A stretch of 64,000 nucleotides of DNA from a virus (taxonomy: Duplodnaviria; Caudoviricetes): the IMG/VR virus record IMGVR_UViG_3300021255_004000, positions 96,001 to 160,000 of that record; one strand, given 5' to 3'. Made by a program: the position numbers and the translations under genes. Position 1 is the stretch's first letter. Every line of letters starts with the position of its first letter. Positions 35,219-44,400 of this stretch are shown piece after piece. The notes under the pieces are model-generated. The model saw only the letters and a list, made by a program, of their open reading frames with translations, was not told where the DNA came from and searched no databases.

Positions 35219-35580
35219 TTCAGCTCCTTAAAGGTTGCAATCATTTTAGGAATGTTTCTCGCAAACCAATCAACCATTTCTTCATTTACAGCCCAAGCAT
35301 CACAAGCATTTGAACTGTCGCCAAGACCACTTTCATAAAGATATGCGTGTATCAATTCGTGACGAAGAACCCTTTTCTGATTGATATACTGTGACTGCAT
35401 ATCAAACGCAAGAGGGTCATCATTCATTTTGACATTCTCTATGATAATTTCACGAGCGGCATCATTTGTGATACCGTTCGCTTGTTCAAAAGCAGGGTCA
35501 TCATCGACATATTTGATTGTCCAAGTTGACCCAAGAATGTCAACTGTCTTTACATCATCAGATGTATTCTGTGTCGCCAT
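35209..35580 (-). CDS. HExxH metallopeptidase-like protein
   Basis: VLRHELIHA, NEEMVDW. Confidence 0.8.
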   Translation of the reverse strand: MATQNTSDDVKTVDILGSTWTIKYVDDDPAFEQANGITNDAAREIIIENVKMNDDPLAFDMQSQYINQKRVLRHELIHAYLYESGLGDSSNACDAWAVNEEMVDWFARNIPKMIATFKELKCL

Positions 35581-35764
35581 TGTACATTGCCTCGCTTATT
35601 TCAGAATAAGCCTGACCAGCGTCATCAAGATCCTCAGCAAGACCTTCAACCACGCGGCCTGTTTTTGATACGGTCAAACCGTACATATCTTCAAGCGTGT
35701 CTTTTACTGACAACATCTTTTTCGCTGCGTTTCCTTTCAACATTACCTTAACAACTGCTCTCAT
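35558..35764 (-). CDS. hypothetical protein
   Basis: AGGAGG RBS. Confidence 0.7.
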   Translation of the reverse strand: MRAVVKVMLKGNAAKKMLSVKDTLEDMYGLTVSKTGRVVEGLAEDLDDAGQAYSEISEAMYNGDTEYI

Positions 35765-35774
35765 ATTCTTCCTC

Positions 35775-35951
35775 CTATTTTATAGCCCAACTGCTATTTC
35801 TAAGTTTTGTAAATACTCTTTCTGATCTTCTACCGTAGTGAGCTCCTGCATCACGAGCAACCTGTTCAAGCTTTTTTACAAGTGCGAGAACTTCTTTACT
35901 TGCACCAGCGGCCTTGATCTCATCCATAATTGCTTTTTCTGCTTTTGTCAT
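35775..35951 (-). CDS. early small basic protein (58 aa, not in ORF track)
   Basis: MTKAEKAIMDEIKAAG..., AAGGAG RBS under early promoter. Confidence 0.7.
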   Translation of the reverse strand: MTKAEKAIMDEIKAAGASKEVLALVKKLEQVARDAGAHYGRRSERVFTKLRNSSWAIK

Positions 35952-35984
35952 ATTTTGCTCCTTTTATTTGGTTTTTACAAAAAT

Positions 35985-36013
35985 AATATAAAAGAAACTA
36001 AATCAAAGTTCAA
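35985..36013 (-). promoter_or_regulatory. early promoter copy 6
   Basis: TTGAAC-17-TATATT. Confidence 0.85.
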
Positions 36014-36025
36014 ATAATTTCCCAC

Positions 36026-36053
36026 TTTTTTAGCTATATGGGACAATAATAAA
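36026..36053 (+). repeat. 28-bp dispersed intergenic repeat, copy 2
   Basis: Identical to reverse complement of 4117-4144. Confidence 0.85.
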
Positions 36054-36112
36054 ATATGAAAAATGATATTTTATTTTATTATTTGTTAATATTTTTATTG
36101 GAGGATTGTCAA

Positions 36113-36310
36113 ATGGACATTAAAGTAAAGAAATCAAAAGACAGAACAACTGTCGTTTTTGAGAGTTCAAATCGTGAATTCAACTTTCAGGAAGTTGAAG
36201 GTGATGCTATTTCAACAAATGAAAAGATGACTTTTACAGACATCATCAAGTCACTTTACCTTGCAGGTAAAAACAATGATGCAGTGTTTATTGAAACAGA
36301 AAATGAATAA
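36113..36310 (+). CDS. small hypothetical protein, similar to 49939-50178
   Basis: GTTAATAT and GGAGG upstream. Confidence 0.65.
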   Translation: MDIKVKKSKDRTTVVFESSNREFNFQEVEGDAISTNEKMTFTDIIKSLYLAGKNNDAVFIETENE

Positions 36311-36321
36311 GAGGTATTAAA

Positions 36322-36678
36322 ATGGCCAAAGAGAAAATGACAGATGAAGAGAAACGAGAACAGGAAGAAAGAGATCAGTATGGCGGATATTTGCTCAAAG
36401 AGTTGATAACTCCTCCAACAACTGAAAAGCAGCTTGACATCTTCCTTGAAGATAAGTATGGTGTGTACATCGTTGATGAAGCCAAGTTTAAGCCTTTGTT
36501 CGTTGAAAGCAATCATCACTGTTTGACAAATAAAGCTAACACTTGTATGTGTAAAGATTTCCGTTTGCGTGACAGCGAAGGAAAATGCGCTTGCGGAAGA
36601 TATGAGAAAAGACTCCGCGATGAAGATGACTTTATTAAGATGCGTATTGCATCAATGAAGCGCGGCAAAAAAGGTTAA
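36322..36678 (+). CDS. divergent ferredoxin-thioredoxin reductase catalytic-subunit-like protein
   Basis: C..CMCKDFR..GKCACGRY. Confidence 0.55.
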   Translation: MAKEKMTDEEKREQEERDQYGGYLLKELITPPTTEKQLDIFLEDKYGVYIVDEAKFKPLFVESNHHCLTNKANTCMCKDFRLRDSEGKCACGRYEKRLRDEDDFIKMRIASMKRGKKG

Positions 36679-36687
36679 TATATCATT

Positions 36688-37365
36688 ATGGGAAGAACTA
36701 TCGTTGAAAAAGAAGAGACGATAAATAAACAAGAAGCTCCTCAAACTTTGTATCAACCTGCAGATGATGGCATTGGCTCAGCAGAAGCAGATATAAATGA
36801 TACAAGTATTTCAGGAGTAATGAACTTCTATGAAGATCAGCTTATTAAGTTTGTTTCTGAACAAGTTACAAAAATGGACCAAAAGCTGCTCTTTGATGGA
36901 AACTCGTCTCCTCCGTTACCTTTAATTGATAAAGCTATTATGCAGCACGAGCATGTCACAATGGCATTGACTGCTCTTTATGAACAAGCTCGATGGGCTT
37001 GGAACACTGCAAAAGAAGCTTATGCTGAATGGCACGCAAAAAAGTTTCTTGAAATCCGTATGGAGGTAAATAAGAAAGAAGATGCTCGAGCAAAGTGGTT
37101 TAAGGACACTGAAATCGAGTATATGATTATTGCAAAATATACAAAAGAAGTTGCAGACTTCAAAGCAAGAATTCAACTTGCTGATGCAAAAGTTTCATTG
37201 TTCAGAAGATTGATTGACAGTTGGAACCAATATGCATTCCAGCTTGGTCAGTTGTCAAGAAACGGTATTGCAGAAAAGAACTCTTCTGATATGACTGACA
37301 AGTACGAAGATCAGGACCCAGTTGATACTGCAACACTTGCACTTGCTGCAATGGGACAACAATAA
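36688..37365 (+). CDS. possible UvsY-like recombination mediator
   Basis: Helical coiled-coil pattern EIEYMI...KV..F...I.S.NQ..FQL. Confidence 0.45.
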   Translation: MGRTIVEKEETINKQEAPQTLYQPADDGIGSAEADINDTSISGVMNFYEDQLIKFVSEQVTKMDQKLLFDGNSSPPLPLIDKAIMQHEHVTMALTALYEQARWAWNTAKEAYAEWHAKKFLEIRMEVNKKEDARAKWFKDTEIEYMIIAKYTKEVADFKARIQLADAKVSLFRRLIDSWNQYAFQLGQLSRNGIAEKNSSDMTDKYEDQDPVDTATLALAAMGQQ

Positions 37366-37492
37366 AGCCTACATTTCTGTAAAATATACTAAATGGATAA
37401 CAGTACCAAACGCGGGCTTCGGCTCGGTTTGGCCTTCATTTTGCAACTATGCCGCGAAAGCGGATAGAATATATTTTATAGGAGATCGCACT

Positions 37493-38101
37493 ATGCGTGG
37501 ATCATTGGATTTTGACGTCCCTGGTTTGGGAGTCTTTGGTTCTCCACTCTTTGGAGAAAAGATTTTGAATGCCTTGATGACAGGTGAGTGTCCTGAAGGA
37601 ACTCGTACTTATCAGAAAGACATAATTGATGCTGATGGCAACAAGGTTGGAAAAACTATTGTTCGCACATACTCATCAGGCCGTTCTACTGCGCCATCAA
37701 GTCTTGTTGGCAGCAATTACCCTCCTTGTAACATTTACACTGATGAAAACAAAAGAAAGGTTTATGAGTTTGCAATCGCAGGCTATGATCCTAAAAATGT
37801 TTCATTTGCTGTAGATGAAAACAATCCATCTTACATCAATCTTATTCTCAAGTCAGGCTTAACTGAGGTTAAGGAATCTGAAAAAGAAGATGACGATGAG
37901 GACAAGAAAGAAGAGCCAAAAGTTGAAAAGGCGATCATTTACGACTATCAGAAGTTTGTTGTAAAAGATCACACTTGTCCATTCTATGTCGACCGTGACC
38001 GTTACGACATTGAACAGTCAACTGTTGAGTTCAAGAATGGTACTGTAAAGATTTCTTTTGAACCGAAGAAAGTTGCTTTCAACCCTAAAGTTGTAAACTA
38101 A
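37493..38101 (+). CDS. Hsp20/alpha-crystallin small heat-shock protein
   Basis: YPPCNIY, EFAIAGY, VEFKNGTVKI; AGGAG RBS. Confidence 0.8.
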   Translation: MRGSLDFDVPGLGVFGSPLFGEKILNALMTGECPEGTRTYQKDIIDADGNKVGKTIVRTYSSGRSTAPSSLVGSNYPPCNIYTDENKRKVYEFAIAGYDPKNVSFAVDENNPSYINLILKSGLTEVKESEKEDDDEDKKEEPKVEKAIIYDYQKFVVKDHTCPFYVDRDRYDIEQSTVEFKNGTVKISFEPKKVAFNPKVVN

Positions 38102-38129
38102 AGTAATTTTTGGAGGTTTATTGGAGGTC

Positions 38130-38157
38130 AAAAAAGGCGAGCAGGAAGCTCGCCTTT
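38130..38157. terminator. bidirectional terminator
   Basis: aaaggcgagc-aggaa-gctcgccttt. Confidence 0.85.
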
Positions 38158-38163
38158 ATAGAT

Positions 38164-38784
38164 TTATTTTTGTTGCTGTTGTAAATATGCAATAAGATCT
38201 TGTGGTGAACAGTTTTTAAGTATTCTTGTATTAAGCAAGTTTTGAATTGCTGGTGTTACTTTGCTTACATCTCCCTGAGGCTGTTCAGGCTGTGGCTGTT
38301 GCGGCTGAGGCTGAGGCTGCTGTTGTGAACCATCTGCAGCAGGAGCAGTTTCAGCATTTTCTGGCTGACCTTCTGCATTTGTTGCTGGTGCAGCTTCACT
38401 TTGATTTGTTTGTGCAGATTCAGAATTATTCTGTTGAGTTTCTTCGGGTTTTAACATTGGAGCATTTTTTAATGCAAGAATGTTTTCTTTAGAAGTTTTC
38501 AACAATCCTAAAAGATTTCCGTTTCCTGCAATCTTATCAAGTATTGAAGGATCTGCTTTTAACTTTGCTAAAACATCAGCAGGTTTTAATGTTTCACCTT
38601 GTTTAAGTCCCAAAACTTCTGCAGCTAAATTGTTTGCTGCATTAGAATTTGCCTGAGCTTTGTTTGCATCTTTATGTGCTTGTGCAGAAGCTTTGTTAGC
38701 AGCATCTGCATTTTCAGCAGCTTGCTGAACAGGATCTTTTGGAGCATTTTCAAATAACGCTTTCTCAAATGAAGTATCAATCAT
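38164..38784 (-). CDS. Ala/Asn/Gln-rich putative internal head protein
   Basis: Low complexity, N-terminal LFE, downstream of prohead protease. Confidence 0.55.
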   Translation of the reverse strand: MIDTSFEKALFENAPKDPVQQAAENADAANKASAQAHKDANKAQANSNAANNLAAEVLGLKQGETLKPADVLAKLKADPSILDKIAGNGNLLGLLKTSKENILALKNAPMLKPEETQQNNSESAQTNQSEAAPATNAEGQPENAETAPAADGSQQQPQPQPQQPQPEQPQGDVSKVTPAIQNLLNTRILKNCSPQDLIAYLQQQQK

Positions 38785-39212
38785 TATACCTGAGCCCCCT
38801 TGTCTCCACCATTATTAGCCTCTTTTTCTGCGTTTTGCAATTCTTTATTGGCGTTTCTTTTAACATTATTAGCTTCAGCACTTGCGGCTTTTGCTTTATC
38901 AGCATCTTTTTGTACATCACCAGCAGCTGTATTAGTAAGAAGACTTGATAAGCTATTTGCTAAGTTTTCAAGTTTATTGTCAAGGTCTTTACCTGCTTGC
39001 TTTTGCTGTATGTTATTAGCAGCATTTTGAAGACCTGCTTTTGCACTATTGTAAGCGCCTTGAACTCCTGCTTTAACTGCGTGACCAGCATTTTTCACAG
39101 CGCCTTTTACTGCAGCGCCAGCTGCTTTTGCAAGACCACTGACAATTCCTGCTTCTTCAAGTTTATTTGCTGTTTCTATACCTTCAAGAAGGTTTGTCAA
39201 TTCTTCGTTCAT
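38784..39212 (-). CDS. Ala-rich putative internal head protein
   Basis: N-terminal LLE/LEE then amphipathic Ala/Gly/Lys helix. Confidence 0.55.
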   Translation of the reverse strand: MNEELTNLLEGIETANKLEEAGIVSGLAKAAGAAVKGAVKNAGHAVKAGVQGAYNSAKAGLQNAANNIQQKQAGKDLDNKLENLANSLSSLLTNTAAGDVQKDADKAKAASAEANNVKRNANKELQNAEKEANNGGDKGAQV

Positions 39213-39273
39213 ATGTTCCTCTTAAAAGAAAATTGCCCACTCCGAAGTGGAATGGGCTTTGATTATTTCAGGA

Positions 39274-41373
39274 TTACATCAATCCCATTTTCTTCATTCT
39301 TTCAAGTTCGAGAGCGTTGATGTCGTCAAGCTCTTCGCTCATTTTCTGCATTCCTGCTTCTTCAAGAATTGTTTTTCTTTCTTTCAAAGAAGAAACACTT
39401 GGGTCGATTGTTGCAGCAGCTGCAGCACCAGCGGATTCATCAATGCGGTTGCGATATTTCATAAATGCAGCAAATGCTTCATTGTATGTTTTTGCACCAC
39501 GGATCTGGCGTTCAAATGGAAGAACAGATTCACCAAACTGAGTTACCAAGTCGTTCCAATAGTTTTCAACATCAAGACCGCGGTTTTCGCGCATATTCAA
39601 ATATTTGCCAACATAATCTTTTTCAGCAGGCTTGAATGAAATCTTTTCCTGATGAGCTTCTTTATATTCCTCAAACTCAACCTTTGCAGCATCAAGCATT
39701 GAAGCAGATTCACGAAGCTTTGTCTGAAGACGGATTGTCTGCTGACGATATTCATCGCGGCTTTCTGTCATTTTCTTTGTTTCAGCCTTAGCAGCTTCAA
39801 CATCAGCCTGGGCAGCAGCAACTGCTTCTTTCAAAGTTTTTACCTGAGCAAGAGCGTGGTTACCGCGTGTATGCAATACACCATTTTCAGATTCAAGTTT
39901 GCGGTTTGCCTTGTTGAGTTTGGCAACCATTTCCTTGAGGTCCTCACATTCTTTATCTTTTGCAGCTTTTTCATCAGCAGCTTTCTTATCTTCGCTTTCA
40001 CGGAGTTTAGCAGCTTCAGCAGCAGCCTTTTCTTTGTTTTCTTTAATTGCAAGTTTTGCTTTCAAAACATTGTTCTCTTTGCTGAGTTCCTGAACTTTTT
40101 CTTCAAGACCTTCACAAAGTGTTTTGTAATCGTCAACCTGTTCAGCAAGCAACTTACCAGTTACAACAGCTTTCTTAGTGTTTTCAGCAAACTCATTTAA
40201 GTCACCAAACTCATTCTGAACCTTTGATGCAGATTCACAAAGAGCAAACAATTCGTCACGTGTTGCAACAAGTTTTTCTTCAACTTTTGCAATAAGTTCT
40301 TCGTCTTTTGACTCACGAACCATTGACAAGAGTTCATTTACTTCAGACAATTTTGAAGCAGGATTAGTTGCTTTGTCTGTGTCGTTCATCATTGATTCTA
40401 CCTGCTTCTCGATAACTTTCTTTGTAAGTTTATCAATAGCGACAGGTCCTACATTAGGCTTTTTGCCTTCGTCCATTTTAACTGCGTCTACTGCGTTCAT
40501 CTGTTTTCCTCTTAAAATATTTGACCTTGGAGCATCTTCTCTCAAGTTTGAAGTTGCTTCAACTGATTCTCTTGTTTGTTTTGTGTATTCAACATTGCCT
40601 GGGTTGTATGACTCGTTAGAAGCATCGCCAAATACAGATTGTGATGGATTAGTAACAATGTCTGCTGGTCTTTCAAGAATGTAAGTCTCAGGATTGATTG
40701 TTTTCTTATCCGAAAGTGTTTCACCGAAACCTGAAGAAGAGAAACCTACGCGGCCACCTGCTTCAATAATTTCCTGTGCCAAACGACCATAAGTACCAAC
40801 GAATGTACCAATAGCCCAAATCAACTTGTTTGCGTCATCAATCATCATATCAAGCCATACGATTGCTGCATTCTTGAATTGGCCTGGGTCACAGTCGTCC
40901 ATAGGATGATCTGCAAGACCATAAGATCCTACCCAGTTGTCTCTCTGATTGTTGATAACATTTTCCCACAATTCCCTTGTGTAAACACGACCATTGCCGT
41001 TTACATTGCCAAATCTTGAAATAGGGAATTTCCAAAGTTTTCTTTCTGTTGATGCGGAACCTTCACGAAGCTTTTTGATAATCTTATCAAACTCTTTCTT
41101 GTCAGATTCAGTTGCGCTTTCACGCATACGAATAGCAGCTTTCAATGCGCCATCATTATCTGATTCTGTAAAATGAGTTGACTTGACTTTCTTTGAAATT
41201 GACTCTCTTAAGCTTGTAGACAAGTCTGATTCAGAAAGTAATTCATATGTTGAGTTTGGCATACGAAGTGCTGACTCAGTCATATGAGGCAATTTACGAC
41301 CGTCTGCCATTTCAATGAAGCGGACTTTTTTGCCTTTCACATCCTCAATCTTGATTTCCATTTTTTCTCCCAT
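39274..41373 (-). CDS. prohead protease (T4 gp21-like) fused to coiled-coil scaffold
   Basis: NGNGRVY, GLADHP, GFSSSGFG, DIVTNPS; ~400 aa coiled coil. Confidence 0.88.
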   Translation of the reverse strand: MGEKMEIKIEDVKGKKVRFIEMADGRKLPHMTESALRMPNSTYELLSESDLSTSLRESISKKVKSTHFTESDNDGALKAAIRMRESATESDKKEFDKIIKKLREGSASTERKLWKFPISRFGNVNGNGRVYTRELWENVINNQRDNWVGSYGLADHPMDDCDPGQFKNAAIVWLDMMIDDANKLIWAIGTFVGTYGRLAQEIIEAGGRVGFSSSGFGETLSDKKTINPETYILERPADIVTNPSQSVFGDASNESYNPGNVEYTKQTRESVEATSNLREDAPRSNILRGKQMNAVDAVKMDEGKKPNVGPVAIDKLTKKVIEKQVESMMNDTDKATNPASKLSEVNELLSMVRESKDEELIAKVEEKLVATRDELFALCESASKVQNEFGDLNEFAENTKKAVVTGKLLAEQVDDYKTLCEGLEEKVQELSKENNVLKAKLAIKENKEKAAAEAAKLRESEDKKAADEKAAKDKECEDLKEMVAKLNKANRKLESENGVLHTRGNHALAQVKTLKEAVAAAQADVEAAKAETKKMTESRDEYRQQTIRLQTKLRESASMLDAAKVEFEEYKEAHQEKISFKPAEKDYVGKYLNMRENRGLDVENYWNDLVTQFGESVLPFERQIRGAKTYNEAFAAFMKYRNRIDESAGAAAAATIDPSVSSLKERKTILEEAGMQKMSEELDDINALELERMKKMGLM

Positions 41374-41405
41374 TTATCGAGACATTTATTGTCTCCACGA
41401 AGTTA

Positions 41406-44400
41406 TTATTTAGTTTGCTTTCCTTTCAACCATTCATTATAATTTATTGTTGCACCACCCTGCAAAGTTTCAGGATCATAATAAACTTTAGTATCGTGCA
41501 ATTCATTATAACCACGCTTTTCAGCAGAATGAATATGAGGGTGTGACCAGAACTTGATAATGACATCCTTATCATAGTTCTTTCGATAAACATCCAAATA
41601 AGCAGGTCGTCTGATATGCTGATATTCAACAAATCCTGAGTGGTCAACTTCACACCAATGATCATCAACTATCCAGTATGAAATCTTTTCATTACCTGCA
41701 GAGCCATTTGTAAAGAATCCAAGTTGAGCTAAGTGAAAATCTGAACTTATTGAAATAGGTAACCAAATTACATTGTCTTTTTTAAGTGAACATCTATCAA
41801 ACATTCCTGTATGTTTTTCAGATGTAAATGTATCAATGTCAAGGAATGAATACTGCATTGTTGTTAAGTTGTTACAGCTGCTAAATATCCAAGAGTTGTT
41901 AGCATTAGGATTAAACTTCAAATTGCTTATCTTTGTTATTGGATTTTCTGTAAACATTTGGTCTGCATCATAAAGGTCTCTTGGGAATGACCAACCTTCT
42001 TTTGTTGTTTCATTTACCCAGTCATCTTCAAAAGTTCCCATTCCATTTTCATCTTGGTTACGATATGTTGTATATGAGTTTGGCGGAACCCAATTACCGC
42101 TTATCTCGGTGATACCACATTTTGCAAACATTCTTCTTGTAACTTGTAATGTTTCAGGAATCTCTGTTGCTTTTGTAAAATAGTCAGTTCTTATTCCTGT
42201 ACATCCTTCAAACATTGAAGTTGCGTCAATTAAAGCAGGCATTTCTTTAATGTTGAAGTCAGTAATGTTTTCACAGTTTTCAAACATATGCATTGCAGTA
42301 TAACAGCTGTTTGAGATAACATATGCATTTGTCAATGAATGACAATTCTTGAATGCATAATCTGCAATTTCAACGTTATTGAGGTTAGGACTAACCTCAA
42401 TAATATTACTACATCCTTCAAATGCTGATGTGATATCTTGAATGTTTTTGATTTCACCTACACAGTGCAAGTTTTCAATACCCTTAAACATTCCTTCTAT
42501 TGAGATGCTTTTATTCGTTGTGTTTTCGACTTTTCTTAAATGAAGAATAAGATTGTCAAACGCATTTGCTTCAACGGCTTTTCTGAAAGATGTATCATAA
42601 TTGTAATTTGTCTGTCTTTCATCACCAGATGTGTAAACATCAATGTTGAAGTTTGCTTTATTGTTTTCAGTGATTGAGAAAAGAGCACAGTCATAATCAC
42701 TTTTTATTTGTGCAAATACAGAATACCACTTCCAGAAGTCTTCTTCAGGAACGATTATATTTAGATGTTTATTAAAGTGATCATCTTGTCCGCTTTCTTT
42801 TTCATATATAGGTGAAAGTCCAAACTTCTGACTAAGTCCCCAACTTGCTTTATGAACAAGTCCTCTGTCTTCGTCAAACTGAGCAGTAAGTGTTGAATAG
42901 CTGCTACCACTTGCAGTGCCTTCATATCCACATCCGCTGCTAAGGCCTTTCTTACCAATGAATGTATGAGCAATTCTTGCTGATGTCCAAGTACTTCCAC
43001 TACCGCCACAACTGTTGATACTGTTTCTTGCAGAAGATGTTACAGATGTTGCATCATATGTAATAGAAACGATAATGTCATTTGAACCTGCAGCATTGAT
43101 AGCTGCTGCCCAAACTGCATCAGCAGAGTCAGGAGTTCCATAAGTATCGCCGCTTCCTTCATATTTGAACTGCATTGTCTTACAGTCAATAACACCAATG
43201 AAGTGGCCACGACTTCCCCAGCTTTTTACAGCTTTATCATCGATATAAATATATGCAGCATCAAATGACTCATCAAACTGTCTTGAAACAAGTTTGATGG
43301 TATGAACAGTTTTTGAATACTCCAAATATTTTGAATATCCATTATTTACAGCTGAATCACCAGCAAAATAATAGCAAGTCAACGGTTGTCTTGAAACATC
43401 ATAAGTTGATGCAACTTTTTGAATAAGAATTGCAGGATCCCAGTTACAAGCAAACTGATCTTCAGCTGACATAAACTGTTCAGGGATTGTTCCACTATGA
43501 TAAGAACCAACAAAAGCTGAGCGGAAATCATATTCACCTGCAACCCACTTATCATAAGTATCATTGAAGAATGTTCTAAGTTTGTCTTCATCAAGAGACC
43601 ACCGATATCTTATTTCACAGCCTCTGAACATATCTCTTGCAGATGTAAGTCCACTTGTTGTAAACTTGCCAACTTTTACACTAGTTGAAACAGAGTTTCT
43701 AAATGCTTCTGTCCAATCACCAGAAATGTTGACAAGTTCAAGAGAACTTATCTTTCCTGATATGTTCTTAAAAGCTCTTTTACCCCAAGTTGCATCTTTA
43801 ATGCGAACTTGTGTAACGCTTGCTCCAGCAAAGTCTGCATTGATAGGTGAGTCTTTCATATCTGCATTAAAGCATTTAACATAAGATGCATTAAGATTTG
43901 TTAAGTTGTCAGCGTGAACCCACAAATCAACATAAAGTTTTGAATTGCTTAATTCTGTATAAAATTGATTTGTTCTTTCAAGGTCTCCAGCATCATCAAT
44001 AATTGCAATAGGCAAAGCATAATCAGTCAATGAATTGTCGTCAACCCATAAGCGAGCTTCAGCAAGAATAAGTTTGCAATACTCTTTCCAAGATAATGTA
44101 TGATTGAAAGCAACAGGCACAGTTTCACCACTGAATGAAATTGTACATTGTCCACCTGGGGTGTCCCAGTTTCTTTCAACATAAACATATTCATCTTTAT
44201 TACCTACAGAGCAGCTGTAAGTGCTATAACGAATAAGTACAACATCCCCAACGGAGAGACTTAATGAGCCATTTGATGATGCATTATCATTATCAGCTCT
44301 AACTTTTCTTTCACCATTTACAAATATGTTAAGGATTCCGTCATCACTTGCAGATGTTGTGCCGCTTCTTACATCATTATAAGACCATTCCAATGATCCT

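Noticed and set aside
38260-38345. CAGCCT-type short tandem repeat
   Set aside because: Simply encodes the QPQPQ low-complexity linker
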